64,000 bases of DNA from an uncultured bacterium (GTDB lineage Bacteria; Patescibacteriota; Microgenomatia; Levybacterales; UBA12049). Location of the stretch: the NCBI GenBank assembly GCA_963826535.1, contig CAWGXL010000001.1, forward strand, positions 78,336 to 142,335, written 5' to 3'. Under the pieces are notes generated by a model. That model had not been told where the DNA came from and did not search any database. It saw nothing but the letters and a program-made list of their open reading frames with translations. How positions within the stretch are numbered: position 1 is the stretch's first letter; each line of letters opens with the position of its first letter. A program made the translations under genes and the position numbers. Of this stretch, positions 10,164 through 18,510 are shown in pieces.

Positions 10164-10208
10164 CCCTCCTTCGTTAAAACTACGGAAGGGTCATGCCGAC
10201 GAAGCATT
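10161..10208. repeat. GC-rich palindromic repeat unit (GTCATnCCGAcGAAGC family)
   Basis: tgaccctccttcg...cggaagggtcatgccgacgaagcatt: an imperfect hairpin plus the motif, also seen at 36153-36270 and 40651-40680. Confidence 0.4.
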
Positions 10209-10283
10209 ATGAAGAAAAATACAAAGCATTTAAAGCTGCTGAATAATTAATTTTATGAGATATAGAAAGGTTGGCGAAGTGGC

Positions 10284-10994
10284 ATGAGATCAGAGACTTG
10301 GCTGCGGCACAATAATGCAAGGTTTATTTATTTTTCCTATAAGGATTCTCCTTACTATTCTTTTTTGATATTAATAATTATTATATCTGTCAGTATTGTG
10401 CTTATTTTTAATATACTGATGCCACAGGCTAATAGTTGGTTTTCTATAAGAGACGAGTCCATAGCCACCCAGCAAAGAATATCAATTATAACCGGCAATA
10501 TTGATTATATGTCCAAGTTAAATAAAACCGCGCTCGAAAATAATCGACAGACAGTAATTCGCGCTTTGCCGGTTGAAAAAGACTTTGCCGATATTATTAA
10601 TGCCGTAGGTGTAAGCGCTGTGAGATCAGGGATATCTGTAAATGATTTCACTTTTGCTTTAGGATCAGTTCCGACTGCCTCATCTGAAACAATAATGCTT
10701 GAACTTTCATTAAATGGAAGCATTGATGGAATTAAAACTTTTATCAAGGAAATAGGAGAAAAGCTGCCTCTTAGTGAAGTTGATGCCGTAGATACTACAA
10801 ATACCACGACTGCTATTTCTCTAAAATTCCATAGTAAATCTTATCGTCCGCTAAAAATTCGCGACGAAGAGCCCATTCGTCCTGTATCCGCCGAGAATGG
10901 TACCATACTTGGCACACTCTCGACCTGGAGTTCTAACACAAGTTCCGATCCGTTAGCACTTCCACCACCTTCCTCATCAATTCCACTTTTTTAA
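10284..10994 (+). CDS. PilO-like bitopic pilus assembly protein
   Basis: Single N-terminal TM (FLILIIIISVSIVLIF), then a coiled/periplasmic domain; position after PilN. The exact start is uncertain. Confidence 0.5.
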   Translation: MRSETWLRHNNARFIYFSYKDSPYYSFLILIIIISVSIVLIFNILMPQANSWFSIRDESIATQQRISIITGNIDYMSKLNKTALENNRQTVIRALPVEKDFADIINAVGVSAVRSGISVNDFTFALGSVPTASSETIMLELSLNGSIDGIKTFIKEIGEKLPLSEVDAVDTTNTTTAISLKFHSKSYRPLKIRDEEPIRPVSAENGTILGTLSTWSSNTSSDPLALPPPSSSIPLF

Positions 10995-11010
10995 TTGCTT
11001 GCGTGTTCAG

Positions 11011-11700
11011 TTATTTTTTAACAAGGTCGGGGCGTACTTTTTTGGTTTTTTCGCGGGCTTGTTGCATTCTCCACTCTTGTATTTTTTTATGATTGCCCGA
11101 AAGAAGAATTTCCGGCACGGAATTTTTATCAAACTCAGCTGGCTTCGTATAGTGTGGATATTCAAGATATTGTTGCCCGCTCGAGTCTATAATAGAAAAA
11201 GATTCATTATTAGTTACTCCATTTTTTAACACACCTGGAATCAAACGAGTCACAGAATCAGTTATCAGCATGGCAGGAATTTCGCCTCCCGTAATAACAA
11301 AATCTCCGACCGTTATTTCTTCATCTATATATTTATTAATTCGCGCGTCAACTCCCTCATAATGTCCGCATACGAGAATGAGATGATCAAAACCGGAAAA
11401 TTCCTGTGCTTTTTGTTGATTAAACCTTTTTCCTGAAGCACTAAGAAGCACCACCCTTTCCCGCCTGCCCGCCGGATTGGTGGGACCCTTGCTTCTTGCT
11501 TCTTGCTCCTTGCTTCTTGCTATCGCCTTGTGCAATACATCCACCCTCATCACCATCCCAATCCCACCGCCATAAGGCGTATCGTCCACGATTTTATGCC
11601 TGCCGATACCGAAATCCCGTATATTTACGATATTTATTTCAACTAATTTTTTATCCCGGGCTTTTTTTACAATTGAAAATTCAAACGGCCCTTGGAACAT
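11011..11700 (-). CDS. trmD: tRNA (guanine37-N1)-methyltransferase
   Basis: Motifs VDDTPYGGGIGMVM, LILVCGHYEGVDARI and ITGGEIPAML align to TrmD; contains a 15-bp tandem duplication (11486-11520). Confidence 0.9.
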   Translation of the reverse strand: MFQGPFEFSIVKKARDKKLVEINIVNIRDFGIGRHKIVDDTPYGGGIGMVMRVDVLHKAIARSKEQEARSKGPTNPAGRRERVVLLSASGKRFNQQKAQEFSGFDHLILVCGHYEGVDARINKYIDEEITVGDFVITGGEIPAMLITDSVTRLIPGVLKNGVTNNESFSIIDSSGQQYLEYPHYTKPAEFDKNSVPEILLSGNHKKIQEWRMQQAREKTKKVRPDLVKK

Positions 11701-11729
11701 TTCAGGAAATAATGTAAGAATAGTTATTT

Positions 11730-11978
11730 TCAGAGGCTTTTTGCTTCACTATCTGCAATTGAAATATTAATTCGAGCGTTCTGCTTCATGGCTTTAATCT
11801 TCATCACATTACGAATACTGCGGATAACTTTTCCTGTCTTACCTATAATTTTACCCATATCTTCCTTATCTACTGTAATTACAAGATTGGTAACGCCGTC
11901 AACTTGCTCCTCTTCAACTTTAACACCATCTTTATTATCAACAATTGCTGAAACAATGAACAGTAAAGTATCTTTCAT
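11730..11978 (-). CDS. KH-domain RNA-binding protein (YlqC/UPF0109 type)
   Basis: GKIIGKTGKVIRSIRNVM KH GxxG motif; conserved position between rpsP and trmD. Confidence 0.8.
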   Translation of the reverse strand: MKDTLLFIVSAIVDNKDGVKVEEEQVDGVTNLVITVDKEDMGKIIGKTGKVIRSIRNVMKIKAMKQNARINISIADSEAKSL

Positions 11979-12008
11979 GATTTATTTCTCCGCCCGGGGC
12001 GGATAAGC

Positions 12009-12245
12009 CTAAGGCTTAACAATCTCGGCAACCGTTGCGCTCGGTCTGGCTCCCTGAGAAACCCAGTAGCCGTATCGCTCCATATTGATCACTTTTTTCT
12101 TGTGATCTTTAGTTTTGTTATACCATCCAAGTAGCTCCAGGAAACCCCCATCGCGCTTACTCCGCTTCTCCTTCACCACCACTCTAAATTTTCTCTCTCC
12201 CTTTTTACCCGTTCTCGTTAATCTGATTACTAGTGACATAACCAC
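12009..12245 (-). CDS. rpsP: 30S ribosomal protein S16
   Basis: SLVIRLTRTGKKGERKFRVVV...GGFLELLGWYNKT matches S16; the true start is probably the Met at 12239. Confidence 0.9.
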   Translation of the reverse strand: MVMSLVIRLTRTGKKGERKFRVVVKEKRSKRDGGFLELLGWYNKTKDHKKKVINMERYGYWVSQGARPSATVAEIVKP

Positions 12246-12296
12246 ATTTTATCATTATTTACCAATCTTCTCAAGGGCCTGATTAATACGTGGCAT

Positions 12297-13772
12297 TTAT
12301 GAAATTGGCTTATTATGTACCAAGCCAACATTGGATTGCGACTGTTGGTTATATTTCTCATTAAATTTATTAAAATCCTCCTGATTAAATACTTTCAGAG
12401 AAAATGTGAAAGTCGTGCCTCTTCCTTTACCTTCAGATGAAGCCCATATTTTACCTCCATGCAACCCCACAAGTGACCGGCAAATATAAAGACCAAGTCC
12501 GGTTCCCATTGCTGATTGGTTTGCAACATAAGAGCCTGGCAATATACCAAATTTTTGGAATAATTTCGACAAATCCTCAGCCGCTATACCTGTTCCTGTA
12601 TCTTTTATCTCAATCTCAACCATATTCTCTTGCTGAGTACAGGAAACTGTAATTTTCCCGCCGCTAGGAGTAAATTTCATAGAATTACCAATAAGATTAT
12701 AGATAACCTCTTTAATCTTATCCGGATCAGCTAGTACTTCGGCAACAGCACTCCGCTGTTCAACTGCAACCGTAATTCCAAGTTCAGTTGCTCTTGCACC
12801 CACATCATCTACAACTTCACGGACCATCTGCTCACAAGAACATGATTTCACCTGCACCGTAAGTCTCCCCGAATCAATACGCGATATATTCAGCATATCA
12901 TTGACAAGCTTTATCAACCGGTCAACCGAATTATATGACCTCTGCACATAATGCCTCTGCTTCTCATTAAGCACCCCTCCCTGCCCATCAAGCGCCATCC
13001 ACAGATACGACTTAATAGCCGTCATCGGCGTCCTGAGCTCATGAGATGCCAACGAAACAAACTCATCCTTCAACCGATCCAACTCCTTCAATCGCGCATT
13101 GGCATCCCGAATTTCCTGATAAAGAAATGCATTATCAATAGCAATACCAATAGTACTAACTAAACGATAAATCAAGTCTTTTTGATATTGAGGCATATCA
13201 TCTTCTTTCACAGTCACACAGAGTACTAATGCCCCCAACGGTTCATTACGCACAATAAGCGGGTATATCAAGGTAGATTTAACTTCATCTATCACATCTA
13301 TTTTACTTAACGCTTCAGATGAATCTAAAGAAATAAATTCAGAACGAATATCATGAACAATTTGTAACTTCTTTTCGTTAACAGACTTAGCTATTACATT
13401 TTTCTCGTCAGATAACTTAATTTCTTCCTGAAACACTTGTGTTTTTAACTGTTGTAACAAGCCAGTTAATTCTGTTTGCGAAAGGGCAACCCTACTCAAT
13501 AATCCATCTTTTTCTATAAGATAAATTACGACAGCCTTAAAACTTGCCTCGGTTGCAACAGTATCTACTACCTGTTGTGCAATTTGATACTCATCAGTAA
13601 CAGCGGTCATGATTATTTCATCTATTTTACGAAGCAGGGAGAGTATTTTATTTTTCTCTGCAAGCTCAAAATTCTTTTTATACATCTCCTCTGTTATATG
13701 AGCTAATTCTTTCGCGGTATCTGTTATTGTCTTAGTATTGGAGTCGTTTACATTTTTCCCTGAATTATCCAT
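12297..13772 (-). CDS. GAF-domain sensor histidine kinase (cytoplasmic)
   Basis: GAF-like N-terminal half, H-box SHELRTPMTAIKSY, HATPase motifs (NLIGNSMKFT, DTGTGIA, GTGLGLYI); no TM segments. Confidence 0.85.
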   Translation of the reverse strand: MDNSGKNVNDSNTKTITDTAKELAHITEEMYKKNFELAEKNKILSLLRKIDEIIMTAVTDEYQIAQQVVDTVATEASFKAVVIYLIEKDGLLSRVALSQTELTGLLQQLKTQVFQEEIKLSDEKNVIAKSVNEKKLQIVHDIRSEFISLDSSEALSKIDVIDEVKSTLIYPLIVRNEPLGALVLCVTVKEDDMPQYQKDLIYRLVSTIGIAIDNAFLYQEIRDANARLKELDRLKDEFVSLASHELRTPMTAIKSYLWMALDGQGGVLNEKQRHYVQRSYNSVDRLIKLVNDMLNISRIDSGRLTVQVKSCSCEQMVREVVDDVGARATELGITVAVEQRSAVAEVLADPDKIKEVIYNLIGNSMKFTPSGGKITVSCTQQENMVEIEIKDTGTGIAAEDLSKLFQKFGILPGSYVANQSAMGTGLGLYICRSLVGLHGGKIWASSEGKGRGTTFTFSLKVFNQEDFNKFNEKYNQQSQSNVGLVHNKPIS

Positions 13773-13797
13773 ATCCTATAAAGTATAATAGTTTTCA

Positions 13798-14076
13798 CTA
13801 CCGGAGTAAATTAGGAACTTGATCACGGGGGACTTGAGAAATAACTCCACTAACAGCTTCCTTACACGCCTCAACCGACGCCTGACCAAAAAGATCCTTA
13901 TATCTCTCTATTAATTTCTCGACTGCATCTGATTTATTGCCTTGAAAACTAATTTCATGGCTTTTTAAGTCAACTTTAAGCCCGGGAACCTTTTGCGCTT
14001 GTTCAATAGCAATAGGACCAATAATTGCTTCCTGTCCCTTAATAATCTTATCTGCTAACTGAGCAAAAATATCCAT
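13798..14076 (-). CDS. hypothetical small protein
   Basis: 92-aa ORF with coding-like composition in a tight minus-strand gene array; no recognisable motif. Confidence 0.35.
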   Translation of the reverse strand: MDIFAQLADKIIKGQEAIIGPIAIEQAQKVPGLKVDLKSHEISFQGNKSDAVEKLIERYKDLFGQASVEACKEAVSGVISQVPRDQVPNLLR

Positions 14077-14100
14077 AAAGTTTCGAATAAATAATTCACA

Positions 14101-14919
14101 TTAACCAATGTGTGATGCTTTTGGCATTTTGCAGAAACCAAGAGTTCCAAACGTAATAAAGAAAAGGCCGAGCGTAAGCATAAGATCACCAAAACTACCG
14201 TTATAGAATGTACCCGCAGTAGTAGTAAAAGAAAAAATTGAATCGGCAATAAACATTACTCCTAAACCCAATAAAATTGCATAAATATCATTCTTATATT
14301 TACCTCCTAGATATTTGAACGACAGCCCGGAAATTACAACAGAAATAGCTAAAGCCAAAAAGTCACCCAAGGGATAAACAATATCCAATACAGTCTTTAG
14401 GGGTGTCTCTCCATCAGGAACCACAACTCCACCTCTAGCAACTTCAACAAGCACATAATATGATATTATCACCAAGAATAGAACAGCAATTACAGTTAAA
14501 ACTTTTGCGTTTTTATGTCTCCATCCGAATTTTGCACCCGTTGCTTTCGATAGGTAAACAGCCCCAAGCCCGTAGAAAAATATACTAGGTGCAAAACCTA
14601 AATCAGCCAAAGATGGATAAGGTGCCGGCTCACTTAGAAAAAAATTATAATATGACCAGATGGTCTCGCCTAGTCCCCAAAGTAAAAGACCAAGTCCAAG
14701 AAAAAATACAGCTTTTCCCACTGCACTTTTAAATCCTCCCCACATTTTCGATTTTAGTAGTGCAAAAAATCCACCAACAAGAGGAATTAATCCGAATAAA
14801 AATGAGTAGAGAAAGTTATAGAAGCCTGTTTTTGTCCCGCTAGAAAAAAGTAAAACCCAAAATATAAACAAAAAAACCAAAAAAGCCAAACACACTTTTT
14901 GGTAAACGTTTATATTCAC
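14101..14919 (-). CDS. polytopic membrane protein, unknown function
   Basis: Roughly 8 hydrophobic helices (e.g. LAFLVFLFIFWVLLF, LLLWGLGETIW); no motif recognised. Confidence 0.5.
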   Translation of the reverse strand: MNINVYQKVCLAFLVFLFIFWVLLFSSGTKTGFYNFLYSFLFGLIPLVGGFFALLKSKMWGGFKSAVGKAVFFLGLGLLLWGLGETIWSYYNFFLSEPAPYPSLADLGFAPSIFFYGLGAVYLSKATGAKFGWRHKNAKVLTVIAVLFLVIISYYVLVEVARGGVVVPDGETPLKTVLDIVYPLGDFLALAISVVISGLSFKYLGGKYKNDIYAILLGLGVMFIADSIFSFTTTAGTFYNGSFGDLMLTLGLFFITFGTLGFCKMPKASHIG

Positions 14920-14951
14920 ATTACTAGTTTATGCATATTTTATTATAAATG

Positions 14952-16127
14952 TCAAATATAATAAACGTTGGGCTTTGGGAAACCATTAAAGCGGCTTGTC
15001 ATCCCGATGCTATATGCTCCAGTGTCATGAATAACAAGCTTATCGCCTACATCAATATCGCTTGGCAAAAGCACTTCCCGAGTTATAACATCAGGACTAT
15101 CTCCCGTTGGGCCTGCTATCGCGAAAGAGGATTCCCCCGAATTTTTGACAGGTCTCATACTAGTTATTAAATATCGGGTAGATCCCTGATATGCCATAGC
15201 TTCAAACAAACCGTTATAACAACCTCCATCTAAAAATAACCAAGTGGAACCACGTCTTTCAACGCGAGCTATAACGCTGGCGACCATTATTCCTGTATCT
15301 GCAATAATTCCCCGGCCAGGCTCCAAAATTAATTTAGGCTCGTAAGGTAGTTTCTTGTATTGCTTTAACGTTAATTTTGCTATTTCTTTGAGAGTAGGCG
15401 CGTTCGCACTTGAGAGATATCTGCATGGATATCCGCCCCCCAGATTTAATACGTCCAATTTTATCCCCATATCTATTAAATCTTGAATTATTGAACGCAA
15501 ACTAACCAATGTATTTGCCCAGGCTTCAGAATCAGAAGCCTGTGACCCCACATGAAAAGAAATGCCATATGGATATAAACCAAGCTCTTTTGCTCTTTGT
15601 AGTAAAGGAATAATACTTGCCGTCTCTGCACCAAATTTTGAAGAAAACTTAAATACTGAACCCGAATCATTAGTTACGCTTCTGATATAAACTTTTGAGC
15701 CTGGTGCGCAAGCTGCAATTTTTTCAAGTTCCGGTAATGAGTCACATGCATACCGTTTTACTCCATATTTAAAACACTCCTTAATATGAATTGTTGATTT
15801 GACAGAAGTTCCATAAATAATTTTTTCAGCAGGCACTTTGATTTTTTTTAGCATATCAAGTTCGGAACTTGATGCCACTTCAAACCCTGAGCCAGCGTCT
15901 GATAGTATTTTCAATATCACCGGTTCAGAATTAGCTTTCATTGCGTAATAAATGGAAGAATTAGGAAAAAGTTTTTTAAACTGATTAAAGTTATTTATAA
16001 TTTTTTTCTCGCTAAAAAGAAAAAATGGAGTTTTATATGTTAGAGTCTCCAAAAACATCGGGTCAAAAGCCTTATTTGGATTTTTCCCTACTATACCCTT
16101 AATTTTATTCACAATTTTATTAACCAT
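14952..16127 (-). CDS. PLP-dependent decarboxylase, alanine-racemase fold (ornithine/diaminopimelate/arginine decarboxylase family)
   Basis: YAMKANSEPVILKIL (Lys-PLP region), FHVGSQASD, GGGYP and a C-terminal beta-barrel region; substrate not assignable from sequence. Confidence 0.75.
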   Translation of the reverse strand: MVNKIVNKIKGIVGKNPNKAFDPMFLETLTYKTPFFLFSEKKIINNFNQFKKLFPNSSIYYAMKANSEPVILKILSDAGSGFEVASSSELDMLKKIKVPAEKIIYGTSVKSTIHIKECFKYGVKRYACDSLPELEKIAACAPGSKVYIRSVTNDSGSVFKFSSKFGAETASIIPLLQRAKELGLYPYGISFHVGSQASDSEAWANTLVSLRSIIQDLIDMGIKLDVLNLGGGYPCRYLSSANAPTLKEIAKLTLKQYKKLPYEPKLILEPGRGIIADTGIMVASVIARVERRGSTWLFLDGGCYNGLFEAMAYQGSTRYLITSMRPVKNSGESSFAIAGPTGDSPDVITREVLLPSDIDVGDKLVIHDTGAYSIGMTSRFNGFPKPNVYYI

Positions 16128-16220
16128 AATATTTGTATTGCTACTAATTTAAAGACAAAATGATAATTCCGGCAACAATTACAAGCCCTCCAAGGGTTTG
16201 AATCATCGCAACCTTCTCTT

Positions 16221-17039
16221 TCAGAAATACGCGTGCGAATATAATGGTTGGCAACAAAAAGCTCCGCTGATCAAGGCTACTACACTGGTAAATGATGTCT
16301 TACTATACCCTAAACTTATTGAGGCATATGCTAAAATTTCACAAAAACCAATGAGAAATAAAAATTTCCAAATATTAGGCTTTGTAACTTTCAATTTTAC
16401 CCTTTGATATTTTGCTATTGCAAGTAAGACCAATGTCATAAATGCGTACATTAACAATGCATAAACTAACCAATCTTTTCCTCCGACAAATTTATCCCAT
16501 GACAAAGTCCATATAGCAGCAAGAACCGTTGCTAACCCTACCTCTTTAATTCCGGGTACATTTCCCAATTTGAGTCTTTTTAAGCGAAATGCTTGTGTAT
16601 CCATGCTGATAAACAAAATGCCTATAAAAATAACACCAAGAGACAAGGGGAGACTACCACTCAATTTTTCCCCTAAGAAGCCAACTGAAATAAGAGCTAC
16701 AATCCCAGAAAAAGAAGCAAATACTGGATTAAGAAGACCAACCTGTCCCTTGCCAAAACCCTTATAAACCAGTAAGTAGACAATTCCCTGTAATGCTCCA
16801 AAAAAGATGAGTAGTCCCCACTCTACTGAATTTTGCGGTAAAGAAAACTTTTGTTCACCTACAATTACTTGGTATAAAAGTATGAGAAAAAAGACAATAG
16901 TACCGAATACATGTGCCCAAACCAAGCTGACAATATCACCTATTTCATCAATTGTTTTCTTGGCAAATAGGTCGGCAAAACCCCAACCCAGCATTGCGCC
17001 AAGTCCAGTCAAAATAGCAATCAATAGTTCACTTTGCAT
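16221..17039 (-). CDS. EamA/DMT-family transporter
   Basis: Two EamA-like halves with roughly 9-10 TM helices (GWGFADLFAKK...). Confidence 0.65.
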   Translation of the reverse strand: MQSELLIAILTGLGAMLGWGFADLFAKKTIDEIGDIVSLVWAHVFGTIVFFLILLYQVIVGEQKFSLPQNSVEWGLLIFFGALQGIVYLLVYKGFGKGQVGLLNPVFASFSGIVALISVGFLGEKLSGSLPLSLGVIFIGILFISMDTQAFRLKRLKLGNVPGIKEVGLATVLAAIWTLSWDKFVGGKDWLVYALLMYAFMTLVLLAIAKYQRVKLKVTKPNIWKFLFLIGFCEILAYASISLGYSKTSFTSVVALISGAFCCQPLYSHAYF

Positions 17040-17301
17040 ACATTCTTAGCCTTACTACTAATAGTGTTAAAAATAACCTAATTATATTAGACTAGCAGGA
17101 AGTATATCAAAAAAAAAGACCTATAGCAAGTAGCAAGATCTATACATGTATATAAACTAATCAAAAAATAGCCTCGAATTTGATTCCTATTACAATTATC
17201 GTCCCCAAAATATACCCATAGTAAATATATCAGATCCCCTTCAAATAAGTTCCTAGTTGATTCATTTATGCATTAATAGATTATTGTATTCTTGCAATAT
17301 A

Positions 17302-18417
17302 TTAATCCAACCACTTCTTTTCAAGTTCAGCTAATACTCCTTTTTTGCGGAGCGATGCCAGAGCTTCATTGACCTGTGTAACAGATGGATCACCTTTAAT
17401 AAAAACAATACCATAATATTCATTATTAAAAGGCTCACTGACAATTTTTAAACTTGAATTTTTAGATATAATTCCCTTAGCATTTGGAAGATCGGTAAAA
17501 AGTGCATCAACAGAACCAGCCACAAGGGCATTTGTTGCCTGTACAAAATCCGAATAGCGCATTACTAATCTATCTGTTGTATATTTAAGTGCTTCTATTT
17601 CATTTGTAGTCCCTGTCTGAGTAGCAATTTTTTTACCTCTTAAATCTGCAGTTCCGTGAATTGTAGTATTTCCTTTTTTTGTGATAATTACTTGTCCGGC
17701 ATTCAAATATTCATCAGAAAAATCATACTTTTGTTGTCTCTCCTCAATAATACTAACTGCTGAAATAATCATATTAATCTGTCTCTGATCAAGTGAATTA
17801 AAGAGATTGTCAAAGATAATATTGCGAAACTCTATACCCGCATCCAATTCTTTTGCTAAATATGTCCCTAAGTCAACGTCAAATCCTACCAAATTCCCGT
17901 TTTCAATAAACTCCATTGGCTCTAGAGTAGCATCAATTCCTATAACCAGAGTCTTAGGTTCTGTAACTGCGGAAGGAACAGTATTAGGAGAATTTATATA
18001 GTTTTTTTGCGATTGAATTTGTATATATGAATAAATTAATACGAAACCAAGCAAGAAAAGTAAAATAAGAAATATACTACCCAGAACACTGAAGCGACTT
18101 GTCGATGATTTAATAGAGCTCTCAATTTTTATATCGAGTTTTTCTCTCTCCTGCTCTGTTAAGTAACCGAGGCCTGTTGTTGCGAGGAATTCGTTACATT
18201 CTCCTTTCGTACTAATCGCCTTCTTGTCTACGAAAATTACGATAATTGTCAACACAAGCTTTCTATCCATCGGAATTCTCGTCCCTTTCTGCCAGTGTGA
18301 AAAAATACTCTCTTCATAAAAATACCCCTTCTCCGAAAGAGCATCTCCAAATGCGGCAAAGGTATCAAATTCCGCCCGCAACCGGTATTTCTTAAAAAGC
18401 TCCGCAAAAGTCTTCAT
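17302..18417 (-). CDS. membrane-anchored fusion protein: N-terminal HTH-like domain + TM + periplasmic amino-acid-binding (SBP_bac_3) domain
   Basis: N-terminal ~100 aa cytoplasmic helical segment, one TM (FSVLGSIFLILLFLLGFVLIY), then an SBP family-3 fold (LVIGIDATLEPMEF..GFDVDL..). Confidence 0.65.
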   Translation of the reverse strand: MKTFAELFKKYRLRAEFDTFAAFGDALSEKGYFYEESIFSHWQKGTRIPMDRKLVLTIIVIFVDKKAISTKGECNEFLATTGLGYLTEQEREKLDIKIESSIKSSTSRFSVLGSIFLILLFLLGFVLIYSYIQIQSQKNYINSPNTVPSAVTEPKTLVIGIDATLEPMEFIENGNLVGFDVDLGTYLAKELDAGIEFRNIIFDNLFNSLDQRQINMIISAVSIIEERQQKYDFSDEYLNAGQVIITKKGNTTIHGTADLRGKKIATQTGTTNEIEALKYTTDRLVMRYSDFVQATNALVAGSVDALFTDLPNAKGIISKNSSLKIVSEPFNNEYYGIVFIKGDPSVTQVNEALASLRKKGVLAELEKKWLD

Positions 18418-18444
18418 AGCTGAGATTAATTATACTAAATACTC

Positions 18445-18461
18445 TGTCAGTTTTCCTGACA
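18445..18461. promoter_or_regulatory. perfect palindrome TGTCAG-N5-CTGACA in the divergent promoter region
   Basis: tgtcagttttcctgaca lies 28 nt upstream of the 18417 start codon; a near-identical copy is at 22243-22258. Confidence 0.45.
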
Positions 18462-18510
18462 GCTATGTCATGGTCAACTTTCCTCGTCTATATTATGATA
18501 TTTTCGAAAT

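Noticed and set aside
11486-11520. Short tandem repeat inspected as a possible CRISPR or VNTR locus
   Set aside because: Only two to three 11-15-bp units, in frame inside trmD; no spacer-repeat architecture anywhere in the window.
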